A stretch of DNA of 64,000 nt from Anaerolineae bacterium (GTDB lineage Bacteria > Chloroflexota > Anaerolineae > Fen-1058): positions 52 to 64,051 of the forward strand of contig JAXLWI010000003.1 of assembly GCA_046328575.1 (NCBI GenBank), in the 5' to 3' direction. Positions within the stretch are counted from its first letter, which is position 1; the number at the start of each line of letters is the position of its first letter. The position numbers were made by a program, and so were the translations under genes. Below the pieces are notes generated by a model. It had not been told where the DNA came from, ran no database searches, and saw only the letters and a list, made by a program, of their open reading frames with translations. This document shows, one piece after another, positions 45,001-54,789 of the stretch.

Positions 45001-46282
45001 CGACGCGCCTTATCGCGAGGCTTTGGCCGCGCACAACATCTCCTATGATTTGTGGCGCGTGCCGGTCAATTGGGCGGGGCCGGAAGCGGCCGCCCCAGAC
45101 GCCGATCGGCTAAGTTGGTATCCAGCCGTGATTTGGTTTACGGGCTACGATTGGTATGACACGCTGTCGGCTGGCAATGAAGCTGCGCTGCGCTCCTACT
45201 GGCAGAATGGCGGTCGCTTTGCGCTCTCGTCGCAGGATTATCTGGGCCAACGCGGCTACAATCTGTTCGGACGTGATGTGTTGGGCGTAGGTGCGTTTTC
45301 CGGCGATGTGCAAGATCCAGCGATGGGCGGCGTCGCACCGCGCTTCGGCGATGTATATTGGCAGCCGTTTGTGCCACCGTATCCCAACTACAGCGATGCG
45401 CTTGTGCCGCTGCCGGGCGCGCAGGTCGCCATGGTCGGTGCACACGGCTGGCCGACCGCCTTGGCGAACGCATCCACTTCGAACAAGGGCAAATCCGTAT
45501 TCATGGCGTTTGGCTTTGAGGGGCTGACGGCAACGGCGCGCCTCGAACTGATGAATGCCACGTTGGGTTATTTATCGTGGCTCGGCTCGTCGAGTGTGAG
45601 TTTCGATCGGGATCAAGCGCAGAGCGGCGACGTTATTACAGCCACGATCGCTGCGGTGAATGACGGCCCGCGTCCGATCGATCTAGCTGCCTTGACGGTT
45701 ACTCTCCCCGCCAACGTCAGTGATCCAGATGGCGCCTTGACCTGGCAGGGTTCGCTGTTGCCCGGCCAGCGCGTGACGCAGACCCTGGCGATGACGGTGA
45801 CCAACGGTGACCGGGTCGAGTTGCCCGTGCACTTTGAGGATATCGATCACCAGTTGCATTTCACGCTGACGGCGCGTTTGCCGCTCACTGCGCCGCAACT
45901 CGACTTGAACGTACAACCGGCCCCAGCGTCGGTGTTGGCTCGTGAAGTCATGACGTGGACGGTAACGGCCCACAATCGTGGCCCGCTTGATGAGGCAACG
46001 ACGATTACGAGCGTTGTGCCGTTCAATCAAAGCATCATCTCAACTTCTGTGCAGGCCAGTTCGGGTGCGCTCGGTCTTTACACCGACACGCTTGATTGGA
46101 ACGGCATCATCTCGGCCGGGCAGACCATCACGCTGACGTATCAGATGACGGCGCCGCGCACTTTGTACGCGCAGGACTATTATGCCAGCGCTATCGCAGT
46201 GATTGGCGATGAGGTCTGGCAGGCCCACGCCTGGCTCAATGTGCAGCCGCGCCGCGCCTACTTGCCCATTGTCCGAAAATAG
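42071..46282 (+). CDS. Large secreted subtilisin-like serine protease (S8) with long C-terminal beta-rich domains
   Basis: Signal peptide. Catalytic triad motifs VANMDTGVDWQHP (Asp), HGTHTMGTLVG (His), GTSMAAPHVAGVAALM (Ser). 1403 aa. TATAAT at 42059-42064 only 6 nt before the ATG (leaderless-like). Confidence 0.8.
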   Translation: MRIYRIGLVLVIALVAIGWLLPATSARSEVGTENATTLPLPPELLRKLHPSLTKQLLSSSVSDAADLRVQIVMRDQADVRSLAALNRVALVADLRTRAERSQAGVLSVLAQAQLANRAGDVRALWINNSIAARLDRATLLTIAARDDVALIKLDEYRQWVNPTEFADQPLDIQSPTSVEWGVARIQADKVWAALNITGTGVVVANMDTGVDWQHPALQAAYRGNLGKGLVSHVGNWFDATDFPTQYPYDAFGHGTHTMGTLVGSGGIGVAPGAKWIAVRVLNNQGYGLYSWIHTGFQWILAPGGDPSRAPDVFNNSWGSSIGGDAEFRSDVQLLNAAGIFAVFSNGNDGPSVGTVGSPASYPEAFSVGATDQAEFITSFSSRGPSPFGVIKPDLSAPGLKVRSSFAGGGYVIASGTSMAAPHVAGVAALMHSAVPGLSIQATRYALTSTAMRLTSLTYPNNDYGWGRVDALRAVLSVAHPGSISGTITRADNGLPISDVTVHAESGTGLLAETTTDTAGHYRVYSAAGYYTLTLAAFGYESQVRPNVFVLTDTVTPRDYALTPLPTGTLFGRVTDITGTRLLSGTLIVRQSPVKVDISGTYTLVLPIGTHVIEMRSPGHRVMKTTITIEAGKLLQLDFALPDAPSILVIDSGAWYAESQIGYYQQALDDLGYLHTDWTIRDPSIDLPTTPTLRAYDTVIWSSPFDSPGVVGASEVLSDYLSNGGHLLISGQDVAYFDAYWGSGTYLTDQILARFVADDGPTRVLTGQHGYAGRVVNLTGGDGADNQLYPDVITSTDPFLADTAFEYAAGQSGGQTSGLCRRYRTAYLAYGFESISDAASRRAVMSDSLRWLAHPPITQYYALDPQTEPLIGVVGMRVTRTLQLHNLDEVAPSTTFALSIDPAWSATITPTQVTLASCQSKVITVTVDVPIGTAFGTLQTLNIEATPLSVPSAAVSTTLVAKAPGSVLLVDDDRWYAVDAPYREALAAHNISYDLWRVPVNWAGPEAAAPDADRLSWYPAVIWFTGYDWYDTLSAGNEAALRSYWQNGGRFALSSQDYLGQRGYNLFGRDVLGVGAFSGDVQDPAMGGVAPRFGDVYWQPFVPPYPNYSDALVPLPGAQVAMVGAHGWPTALANASTSNKGKSVFMAFGFEGLTATARLELMNATLGYLSWLGSSSVSFDRDQAQSGDVITATIAAVNDGPRPIDLAALTVTLPANVSDPDGALTWQGSLLPGQRVTQTLAMTVTNGDRVELPVHFEDIDHQLHFTLTARLPLTAPQLDLNVQPAPASVLAREVMTWTVTAHNRGPLDEATTITSVVPFNQSIISTSVQASSGALGLYTDTLDWNGIISAGQTITLTYQMTAPRTLYAQDYYASAIAVIGDEVWQAHAWLNVQPRRAYLPIVRK

Positions 46283-46298
46283 GTTGTGCGATACAGAC

Positions 46299-47217
46299 AT
46301 GAACGATTTTTTACAGCATCTCCAAGCGGGTAAGCCGTTGATTCTGGATGGCGCGACGGGCACCGAACTCGATCGGCGCGGCGTAGATACCTCGTTGCCG
46401 CTCTGGTCGGCGCGGGCGCTCATCACCGCCCCCGAAATCGTGAAGCAAATTCATGTGGATTACATTCAGGCCGGAGCGGACATCGTCACCACTAACACCT
46501 TTCGCACGCATCGCCGCACGCTGACCCGCGCCGGAATTGGCGCACGTGCGCACGAACTGACGCAACTCGCCGTGCGGTTGGCGCGGGAGGCCGCGGCACA
46601 GGCGGGGCGTACCGTCTTTGTGGCAGGATCGATGTCGCCGCTGGAGGATTGTTATGCGCCAGACTTAGTGCCGCCTGACGCTGAACTGCGCGCCGAACAT
46701 CGCGAAATTGCGACGGATTTGGCCGATGCAGGCTGCGATGTGCTGTTGGTGGAAACGATGAACTCGATCCGCGAGGCGGTGCTGGCGGTTGAAGCGGCCA
46801 AAGCCACCGGGCTACCGGTGCTGGCCAGTTTCGTCGTTGGCCCCAACGGCCAGCCGCCCGATCGTGTGGTGGTGAACGCTTCAGCGGCGAATGCGCCGTT
46901 GAGATTACTCAGCGGCGAATCGATTACAGCGGCCGTGCAGGCTGTTAAAGCGCTGAAGCCGGCTGCGATCATGGTGAACTGTGTGCCACTGGCTTTCATC
47001 GACGGCGCGTTGGAGGAACTCGCGCGGCTTTGCCTTGATCGGCTTGTATGCCAACGTCGGGCACGCCGACGACGCGATCGGGTGGACGCTCACCGACGAC
47101 GTGCGGCCCGAAGCGTACGCGCAGCACGCGCGGCACTGGCTCGAACACGGCGCGACCATCGTCGGTGGGTGTTGCGGCACTTCACCCGCACATTGCCGCT
47201 TTGAAGAAACTCATTGA
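46299..47217 (+). pseudogene. Homocysteine S-methyltransferase family gene with a +/-1 frameshift near 47020
   Basis: N-terminal 240 aa in one frame (LILDGATGTELDRRG...). Conserved C-terminus (GLYANVGHADDAIGW...IVGGCCGTSPAHI) in another frame (ORF 46981-47217). Arg-rich out-of-frame tail in ORF 46203-47204. Confidence 0.6.
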
Positions 47218-47235
47218 TAAGGAAATAGCGACCAG

Positions 47236-47890
47236 ATGATAAAAGCACTGATTACAGATTATGGCGGCGTACTGATGCGCACTCGCACCGATCGCGCGCG
47301 CGGCGCGAGTTGGAACAACGTCTGGGCTTGCCGCCGCGCACGATCGAGGATCGCGTCTTTTCGAGCGATCTGTTCACACGCGCGCAGAGCGGTGAGATCA
47401 GCGAACCGGAGTTTTGGTCGTCGTTGGGGCGCGACCTAAATCTAGCGCAATTTGATCTCAGCCCTCAAACATTCCGGCTGGAATTCTTCGCGGACGATTT
47501 TCTGGACGGAGAATTGATTCAGTTCTTTCGCAACGCACGCGGCACGTTCAAGACCGGCCTGATCAGCAATGCGTGATGGACTGCGCGATGCTGTTGACGG
47601 ACCTGTGGCACATCGACGACGCGTTTGATGTCATCACGATCTCGGCCGAAGAAAAGGTAATGAAACCGGATGCCCGCATCTTTCACACGGCGCTCGAACG
47701 GCTGGGCGTGCAGGCTGTTGAAGCGATCTTCCTCGACGACTTCAAAGTCAACGTCGATGCCGCGAATGCGCTGGGCTTGATCGGTGTCCACTTCCGATCG
47801 AGCGAGCAGGCCCAGCGTGATATTCGCGCACTATTGGATGGAAAAAGGGTTAACGTCGGATTCGCGTTCGAGGTGAAATCCGTAGGGCTT
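47236..47890 (+). pseudogene. HAD-IA family hydrolase gene split over three reading frames (>=2 frameshifts)
   Basis: Motif I MIKALITDYGGVL (47236 frame). Middle segment ...FWSSLGRDLNL...KTGLISNA (47310 frame). Motifs III/IV VITISAEEKVMKPDARIF...EAIFLDDFKVNVDAANALGL (47573 frame). Confidence 0.55.
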
Positions 47891-47894
47891 ACTC

Positions 47895-48438
47895 ATGGCG
47901 ACGATTGGGATCGTAGCAGATACGCATGCCGCAGCGATTGGCGCGGCTGCCGCAGAACTTGGCGGCGGCGCTGCGTGGCGTCGATCTAATTCTGCACGCC
48001 GGCGACCTCAATTCGCGCCGGGTGCTGATTTATTGGCGGAAATCGCGCCGGTGCAGGCCGTAGCGGGCAACGCCGATCTTTTCGGACACGGCTTGCCGTT
48101 GACGCGGCTGATCGAGATTGAAGGCAAGCGCATCGGGTTGGTGCATGGCCACGGCGGCTGGGCCAAGTATCTGGCGGGCAAAGTGTGCGATCGGCTAGGC
48201 TATCGCGAAGAGTACTATGTGAACATTGTGGTGGAGTCGTTTGGCCACGTGGACGCGATCGTGTTTGGGCACACGCACCGTCCGCATTGCGAAGTCCGGA
48301 TCGAGTGTATTGTTGTTCAATCCCGGACCAATCGCGCCCACGTATTACACCACGTCCGGTCCGCAAATCGGCTTGCTGCACGTGTCGGCGCAGGGCTTAA
48401 CGACTGAAATCGTCAGCTGTAACGGCTTCGTAACCTGA
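47895..48438 (+). pseudogene. YfcE/MJ0936-type metallophosphoesterase gene with >=2 frameshifts
   Basis: MATIGIVADTHA, GVDLILHAGDL (other frame), AVAGNADLFG, LVHGHG, VFGHTHRP, then LLFNPGPIAP in a third frame (ORF 48226-48438). Confidence 0.55.
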
Positions 48439-48483
48439 TTGTTCTGAAAGGCAAATTGGCTGTTGACTTGATTTGTTGTACAA

Positions 48484-49300
48484 TGCTGCGTGTTGCATTG
48501 ATTATGATTGATCGTGCGCTAATTTCCGTCGAACATTTCCGGCGACCTGGCTGAGCATCTAGCAGTCGCTCGACAAAACGGTCTGGGCTTGGAACTCCAG
48601 GAATTTTCTGATCCCAACGTGCTGGACGGCGATTGGCGCGGTCTCCTCGATCGGTATCGGCGTGCTTTGAAGGATTTCCCTGGGCTGTTGTCGATGCACG
48701 GCGCGTACATCGATCTGGTCAGCGGCAGCCCTGATTTGCGGCTAGTGGCACTGACCCGCGAACGCTATTTACACAACCTGGAAATCGGCCGCGAGTTGGG
48801 TGTGAAGTACATCGACTTTCACGCCAACTATTTGCCGCTCGTCGATCATCCCAGTTATCTGCCCGGCTGGGTGGAACTGGCAGGTGGCCTCTGGTCTCTG
48901 CTGGCCGAACAGGCGGCGCAGTCAGGCATTGTGTTGTTGCTGGAAAATATGTGGGAGCCGGGATCCCGCTATCATCGTGCGCATCCTCGAACGTGTCCAA
49001 TCGCCGTATTTGCGGGCTTGCCTCGACGTGGGACATGCGGTGTTGTATTCACATCTGCTGATCAGCGCGTGCGGATCCGTGAACTGGGCGGGGACCTAGT
49101 CTATACGCACCTACACAATAATCACGGCACCACCGACGAGCACTTGGCTTTTGGCGACGGCGTGATCGATTTTCCGGAGTTGCTCACTTTGATGCGGGCG
49201 TTGCCACAACCACCCTTGTTCAGCCAAACTACCCAACCTCACACTGATCAAAGACAGTCTGCCCTATTTGAAACTGACACTCTAAATCTGCCTATAAGAA
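48484..49300 (+). pseudogene. Sugar phosphate isomerase/epimerase (xylose-isomerase-like TIM barrel) gene with >=3 frameshifts
   Basis: Segments GDLAEHLAVARQNGLGLELQEF, YIDFHANY..., LLLENMWEP, IVRILERVQSPYLRACLDVGHA, LVYTHLHNNHGTTDEHLAFGDGVIDF occur in alternating frames. The ORF-track version reads through the terminator at 49300. Confidence 0.5.
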
Positions 49301-49329
49301 AACGCGACCCACTTTCGGGTCGCGTTTTT
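49300..49329. terminator. Strong bidirectional intrinsic terminator: aaacgcgaccc-actttc-gggtcgcgttt + TTTTT
   Basis: 10-11 bp perfect GC-rich stem flanked by A-run and T-run, between convergent genes. Confidence 0.7.
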
Positions 49330-49344
49330 GTTGAGATTACTTTT

Positions 49345-49635
49345 TCACTGAGTTTTACGGGCTAAGCCTTTGGGCCAGTCCACCACTTTGCGTTTTGGCT
49401 CGGCTTCGACCATATGCTTCATCGCCTGGGCGATCTCTTCTGGATCATAGTTTCCCGACTGCGCTGCCAACTCGTCGAGCGCAGCACGTTCTTCGTTGTA
49501 ATCGGCCGGCCAAACTTGCACATCGAGGTCGGCCATCGCCAACAGCAGGGCGCGTTGATCGGGCGTTAACTTGCGCGCATTCTCCAACAACCACTTGGCT
49601 TTGCCGGATGCAAACAGGGATTTTTTCTGGGCCAT
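49345..49635 (-). CDS. Small hypothetical protein (96 aa), intact
   Basis: MAQKKSLFASGKAKWLLENARKLTPDQRALLLAMADLD... No family recognised. Starts right after the terminator on the opposite strand. Confidence 0.4.
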   Translation of the reverse strand: MAQKKSLFASGKAKWLLENARKLTPDQRALLLAMADLDVQVWPADYNEERAALDELAAQSGNYDPEEIAQAMKHMVEAEPKRKVVDWPKGLARKTQ

Positions 49636-49831
49636 GCCGATCGTCCTTTTGACGCTCGCGGTGTTACTTTCATTATACGCTAAGCCGGGGCTGAGTCAAA
49701 GCCTAATCCTTGCTTCAGGATTGACAATCGTACCAGGCACATGCACACAATAGGACCACGCCGATTGCCTAATCCTGCACGGGATAGCCTGCGGACTTTG
49801 CGGCGCATTCAAATCGCTAGAGGAAGGAATC

Positions 49832-51587
49832 GTGAACGCTGGTCAGTTTCGAGTTCGTGTAGCAATAATTGTTGCTTTATTATCGACGGCGGTTTTGGGT
49901 GCGGCTGGTGCCGCCGACCAATCATGCGCTGCAGGCTGCCGATGCGGATCGGGGCCGGCTTCTGTTCCCGGACCAGAAGTGATTGTGCGTGCCGTGAATA
50001 ACCCAGGTAGCCGCCTTTTCAGCGCCGCCGCCGTCTCCGGCACTTCGACTCAATCCTAATGCGCCCAGCGCAAGCTACGTTCAATGTCACGTATAACGGC
50101 TTCCGGCCAACGCTCAGGCGGCTTTCCAATACGCCGTCGATATTTGGGCCGGGCTGCTGGATTCATCGGTGACGATCAACATCACCGCCACGTGGACACC
50201 ACTTGCGACGGGTGTATTGGGTTCCGCCGGAGCGATCAGTCTCTATCGGAACTTTCCGGGCGCGCCTGCTGCTAACACGGGAAGTTCTCTGACGCACTGG
50301 CCGATCGGCGGGCGTGCGGCAATCGCGGCGGCACGTATGACATCAATGCCAACTTCAACAGTAATTTTGCCGATTGGTATTTCGGTACCGACGGTAACGT
50401 GCCCTTCACCAATGGGATTTTGTCTCGGTGGTCTTACATGAGATCGGGCACGGTCTGGGCTTTGCTGGATCTTTCACGACGGTAAGCGCGGGCATTGGCC
50501 AATGGGATCATCCCTCATTTCCCGGCACACCCACGATCTACACGCGTTTCGTCCGCGACGGTTTGGGCAATCCGATTATCTCTTATGCCAGTCCATCGGC
50601 CGCGCTTCTGGTACAGCGCCGTAAGGCGGGGCTAGTGGCCTGTTTTGACTGGCCCGTTTGGCACGGCCGGTAACAGTGGTACACAGCCCACGCTGTATTC
50701 ACCCAATCCGTGGAAGCCGGCTCCAGTTTCTCGCACTTTGATCAAGCCACGTACGCGGTTGAACTGATGAAGCCTGCGCTGCCCAACGGCACGGCGATTC
50801 ACTCGCTCGGCACACGCACGCTGGGCGCGTTGCGCGACATCGGCTGGGGTGACGAACTGGTGATTCAGGCCTTCGGCTACAACACCACTGGCGTTGTCGA
50901 ATGGATATGTTTCAGAAATAACTCGTCGGTGTCGGTGAACCTGAGCGACTATGCCATTGGCGACGAAGAGCGGCAAGGCGGCACAGAAGGCATGTTCCTG
51001 CTGCCCAACGTCAATCTGGCGGCGGGTGCATTGTTCACCATGCGCGCGCAGCGATGGCACGTGGGCGACCGCTTATATCCGGGCGATCCCAATCCGACCT
51101 ATTGCTGGAATTGCACGAGCGGCTATACAAATCTGACCAACTACAGTCTGTGGGGCGGCACGGCTGGCGATCTGGCTAACACGGGCGACGAAATCGTCTT
51201 GCTGCGCACCAACGGCGGCCAAGCCGACACGGACGGCGTTACCGATGACTTTATCATCGACGCGATGCTATGGAACCGGACAAAACGTACATCGATACCG
51301 ATGGCAGCGGGATCAGCGAAACGGCCGATCGCAACATCTTCACCAACGGCACCCGCCTGAGCACGCTGGCGTCAGGCAGTTTTCAGCGTGCGTCGACCGT
51401 AGAGACGTGCGTGCCGTCCACTGCCTTGACCGATAATCCCACGGCCGTCACAGTGAACTCATTAGAGGCGGCGCGCTCAACCACCGACCCAGATTCGGCG
51501 GCCAACTCCAGCCGATTGCTGATCGCGGCGACTGCGTTGCTGTTGGCGGGCGGCGTGGCCGTTTATCGGCGGCGACCGGCGCGTTAG
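49832..51587 (+). pseudogene. Secreted zinc metallopeptidase (HEIGHGLGF) with C-terminal TM + Arg-rich anchor, fragmented by >=4 frameshifts
   Basis: Signal peptide ORF 49832-50059. HExxH in ORF 50428-50673. Further collinear fragments 50169-50441, 50710-51360. C-terminal LLIAATALLLAGGVAVYRRRPAR in 51270-51587. Confidence 0.5.
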
Positions 51588-51679
51588 GCGTTAGTTCCAC
51601 TTCGACTTACTACATCGCCCCGCTGGCTTTGAATTTTCCAGCGGGGCGATGTGTTAATTCTCAACGGCTTTCCAGTTTC

Positions 51680-53374
51680 GCGCGTGCAAGTCGCGCTTCA
51701 GGATTTTGCCAACGGGATCAGCGCGGCAGCGCCTCGACGATCAGCAGTTTCTTCGGCATCTTGTAAGACGCCATGTCTTTGGATTTCAAGAAGTCGCGCA
51801 GTTCGTCGATGGTGATCGACTGATCCTTTTTCTGGCGCGATCGGCGCGCAGATCCGTTCGTCGTCCAACCGCTGATCGGTGATGCCGACCACGGCGACCT
51901 CGGCCACTTTGGGATGCTCGACCAGCAGCGCTTCGATCTCCTCCGGCGCGATCTTCATGCCGCCGCGAATGATCAAATCTTTAGCCGCCCCACAAAGCGA
52001 TACCGATTCAACTCGCCGCCTTCGCCCGCGATTTCGAATAGATCGCCGGTGTAGAAGTAACCGTCGACATCGAAGGACTTAGCGGTCAAGTCGGGCCGCG
52101 CGTAGTAGCCGGTAAATACCGTCGGGCCTTTGATGGATTAACTCGCCCGCGCATTCGGCTCGGTGATCGTCGCTTTCGTGATCGGGTCGACCAGCCTTGG
52201 TAGACATGCTCGCACCGCGCGATTGGTCCACGCGAAGGGCACGCCGTAACGCGGAAAGTAGCGGGCGCGCTCGGCGGCATCGGGAATCTCATCGGGCGCG
52301 CTGATCAACGCAGTGCCTTCGTTGTTGCCAAAGAAATTCAACACGTTGATGTGGTGCTGTTCCTTCCAACTGCGCGTCATCCATTCGGACAACGGCGCCG
52401 AACCAGACCCGATGTTTTTGATCGAACTCAGATCGGCGTTAGCGAGGATGGCGGGATTGAGCAGCAGCATGTTCAACAGCACTGGCGGCACAACGGTGTA
52501 GTTGACGCGCTCGCATTTCTTTGATTTGGCCTAAAAACAAGCCCAAATTCAACGGGTGATGCATCACCAACTTGCCACCTGTCAACAGCCATGGTACCAG
52601 CATTCCGCCGATGGCGCTCATGTTCACCATCGGAAAGGGGTTGAGCAGTGTGTCGCCGCGCTCGATCTGCGCGCCGTCGGTGGTGGTGGCATACGCGATG
52701 CTGATCCAGTGATTGTGGCTGCGCGGTACGCCCTTCGGTTCGGCCTCAGTGCCTGATGTCCAGCAGATGGTAAAGACCTCATTAGCGGTGATCGGGTAGG
52801 CGGCCCGTTGTATCGCCAAGCCCGGATAATCGGCGGGCGCGGCGACCAGGTCCGTCCACGCGATCACATCCACTGGCAAGTCGTCGCCGAGCGCGATGAT
52901 CGTTGAGGCTGGGCACTTCGGGTTGCAGATGCTGCACCATCTCGACGTAGCGTTGAAGCCGCCGAAGTGGTTCGTCGTAATGAAGGCTTTGGGCGCGACG
53001 TTCAACGTTTGGCGCAGTTCGTGCGTCCGATACTGCACGGGCAGTGGACTGACGATCAGGCCGAGCCGTGCGGCAGCCAGATACACGATCGGCAGTTCGA
53101 CGATGTTGGGCAATTGCACCATGATCACGTCGTCTTTGGTGAGGCCCAACTTCAGCAGGCTGCTCGCCAGTCGATCGACTTGTTCCGCGAGTTCGGCATA
53201 GGTGAAGCGCTGCGGCTGGCCAACAGTCAATTCTGCGCGATTCGGCGGATCAACTAGCGCGACAGAGTGCGGTGTAGCAGCCGCATTGCGGCGGAACAGA
53301 TCATCCAGCGTGTCTGTTCCCCAATAACCAGCGGTGGTATACGCCTGAATTTGTTCGGGGGCAACTAACAACAT
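51680..53374 (-). pseudogene. AMP-dependent synthetase/ligase (acyl-CoA synthetase) gene with >=4 frameshifts
   Basis: N-terminal segment 53374-52439 including TSGTEAEPKGV. Middle 52491-52138 (IGSGSAPLS). C-terminal IIRGGMKIAPEEIE (51976-51698). Correct C-terminal tail ...ITIDELRDFLKSKDMASYKMPKKLLIVEALPR is only in another frame, shifting at an A5/T5 homopolymer near 51830. Confidence 0.5.
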
Positions 53375-53454
53375 TGACTACTCCTCCCAGGGTAGATTGA
53401 GAAACTCAAAGGCTGAGTTTTCTGACAAACAGATTGCATGTTGCCGCGCAACGC

Positions 53455-54294
53455 TCAGGCGCCTCGCGTTGCACCGCTCCCGGAGGTCAACACGCAGCGA
53501 TTAGTTTTCAGCGCGTTGGCCCCGGCGCGGTGGCCAGGGAATGAACGCGCCTGTCGTGTCCATATAATTTTTGTAACCAGGCTTCTTGTCTTCGCTAAAG
53601 TTTTTTCCAGCAAACCTACGCCCGATACTTTTACCAGAAACAACGTCATGATGATGGGACCGAAGATCGACCACCAGCCGCCCGCACTGCCGCGATTAGG
53701 TAGTAGCCCCACCATTGCGCACTATCGCCAAAGTAATTGGGATGACGCGCATGGTCGGCGAAACCGGTGTTGAGCAACTTGCCTTTGTTCGCTGGATTCG
53801 CTCTGAAGGCGCCTTGAGTTGCGCATCGCCGCATTGTTGAAATAGAACCCGATGATCCACGCCAGCACGCCGAAGCCATCCACCAACCCGATCGGACTGG
53901 CCCCGACTGCGCGATCAATAGCGGCGCGCCGGGATCACAAACATCAGCACACCTTGCAGCAGAAAGACCTGAAAGAAACTCACCCACCAGTAGCGTTCCG
54001 GCCCGTACTGAGGCGAAACCCTGGTAGCGAAAGTCTTCCGGCTTGCCGCCAGGTTGCGTTGATGAATGTGAAGCTCCCAAACGCAAGCCCCAGATCGTGA
54101 CCAGCGCGGCGATTAGTAGTTTGCGTGGCAGATGACCATCGGGCGTGAGCAGGAAATACACCCATACTTGCAGCACGAAGCCGGGTCCCCAGTACGTATC
54201 GACGATGCTGGCATTTGATGCGGACGCTGTAAATCCACAGCAGCGTCATCATGAGCAGAATTGCGCCGAAACCGATTAAGTAATTTTGTAACAT
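53455..54294 (-). pseudogene. DUF1295 / steroid-5-alpha-reductase-like membrane protein gene, frameshifted
   Basis: N-terminal TM segment in ORF 54294-53980. RHPNYFGD...WWGYYLIA family signature in ORF 54176-53646. Fragments in different frames. Confidence 0.4.
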
Positions 54295-54742
54295 GAGTAT
54301 CTCCGAGTGAAATGACCAAAGACCAATGAAAAATGACGACCGCTGAATGCTTTAGACTAACTTTTGAAACTCTTCTGAAAAATGCATTACCCTGCTTATC
54401 GATGAGCATGAGTTTGACGCTGCCGGTGACCAAGCGTAGGCGCGTATCGGCGTTGATGATCTCGTAGCCGAACGTCAGCGCGCGGCTGCGCAGTGAGTCG
54501 ATCCACGTGTGCGGACGGTGATCCGTTCGTTGTAGTGCGCGGGCGACAGGTAACGGCACGTTCACATCGGTGACGGCCAGCGATAAGCCGCTCCGCTCCA
54601 CGGCGACGTAGTCGAGATGTTTCTGCCGCATAAATTCCGAGCGGCCTTCTTCCATCCACACCACGTAGTTACTGTGATGGACGATGCCCATCTGATCGGT
54701 CTCGGCGTAACGCACGTAAAAAGAACTTAACAACTTTGTCAT
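54113..54742 (-). CDS. Hotdog-fold acyl-CoA thioesterase (YbgC/4HBT-like); the 3' ~200 nt of this ORF is probably read-through
   Basis: YVRYAETDQMGIVHHSNYVVWMEEGRSEFMRQ active-site region typical of 4HBT thioesterases. Expected size ~135 aa, so the true stop is probably near 54330. Confidence 0.5.
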   Translation of the reverse strand: MTKLLSSFYVRYAETDQMGIVHHSNYVVWMEEGRSEFMRQKHLDYVAVERSGLSLAVTDVNVPLPVARALQRTDHRPHTWIDSLRSRALTFGYEIINADTRLRLVTGSVKLMLIDKQGNAFFRRVSKVSLKHSAVVIFHWSLVISLGDTHVTKLLNRFRRNSAHDDAAVDLQRPHQMPASSIRTGDPASCCKYGCISCSRPMVICHANY

Positions 54743-54789
54743 CAGTCATTTAGCGATACCCTTCGGCTTGAATCGTAAACAGTTTAGCG

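Noticed and set aside
46981-47217. Treating 46981-47217, 47310-47576, 47573-47989, 48226-48438, 48884-49099, 50169-50441, 50428-50673, 52138-52491 and 51698-51976 as independent small genes
   Set aside because: Each carries a collinear internal segment of a larger recognisable enzyme whose other segments lie immediately adjacent in a different frame. They are fragments of frameshifted genes, not separate genes.
54113-54742. Thioesterase as a 209-aa protein overlapping the DUF1295 gene
   Set aside because: Hotdog thioesterases of this type are ~130-140 aa; the C-terminal ~70 residues of the ORF are low-quality read-through. The feature is kept but the 3' end is flagged as uncertain rather than calling a genuine 630-bp overlap.
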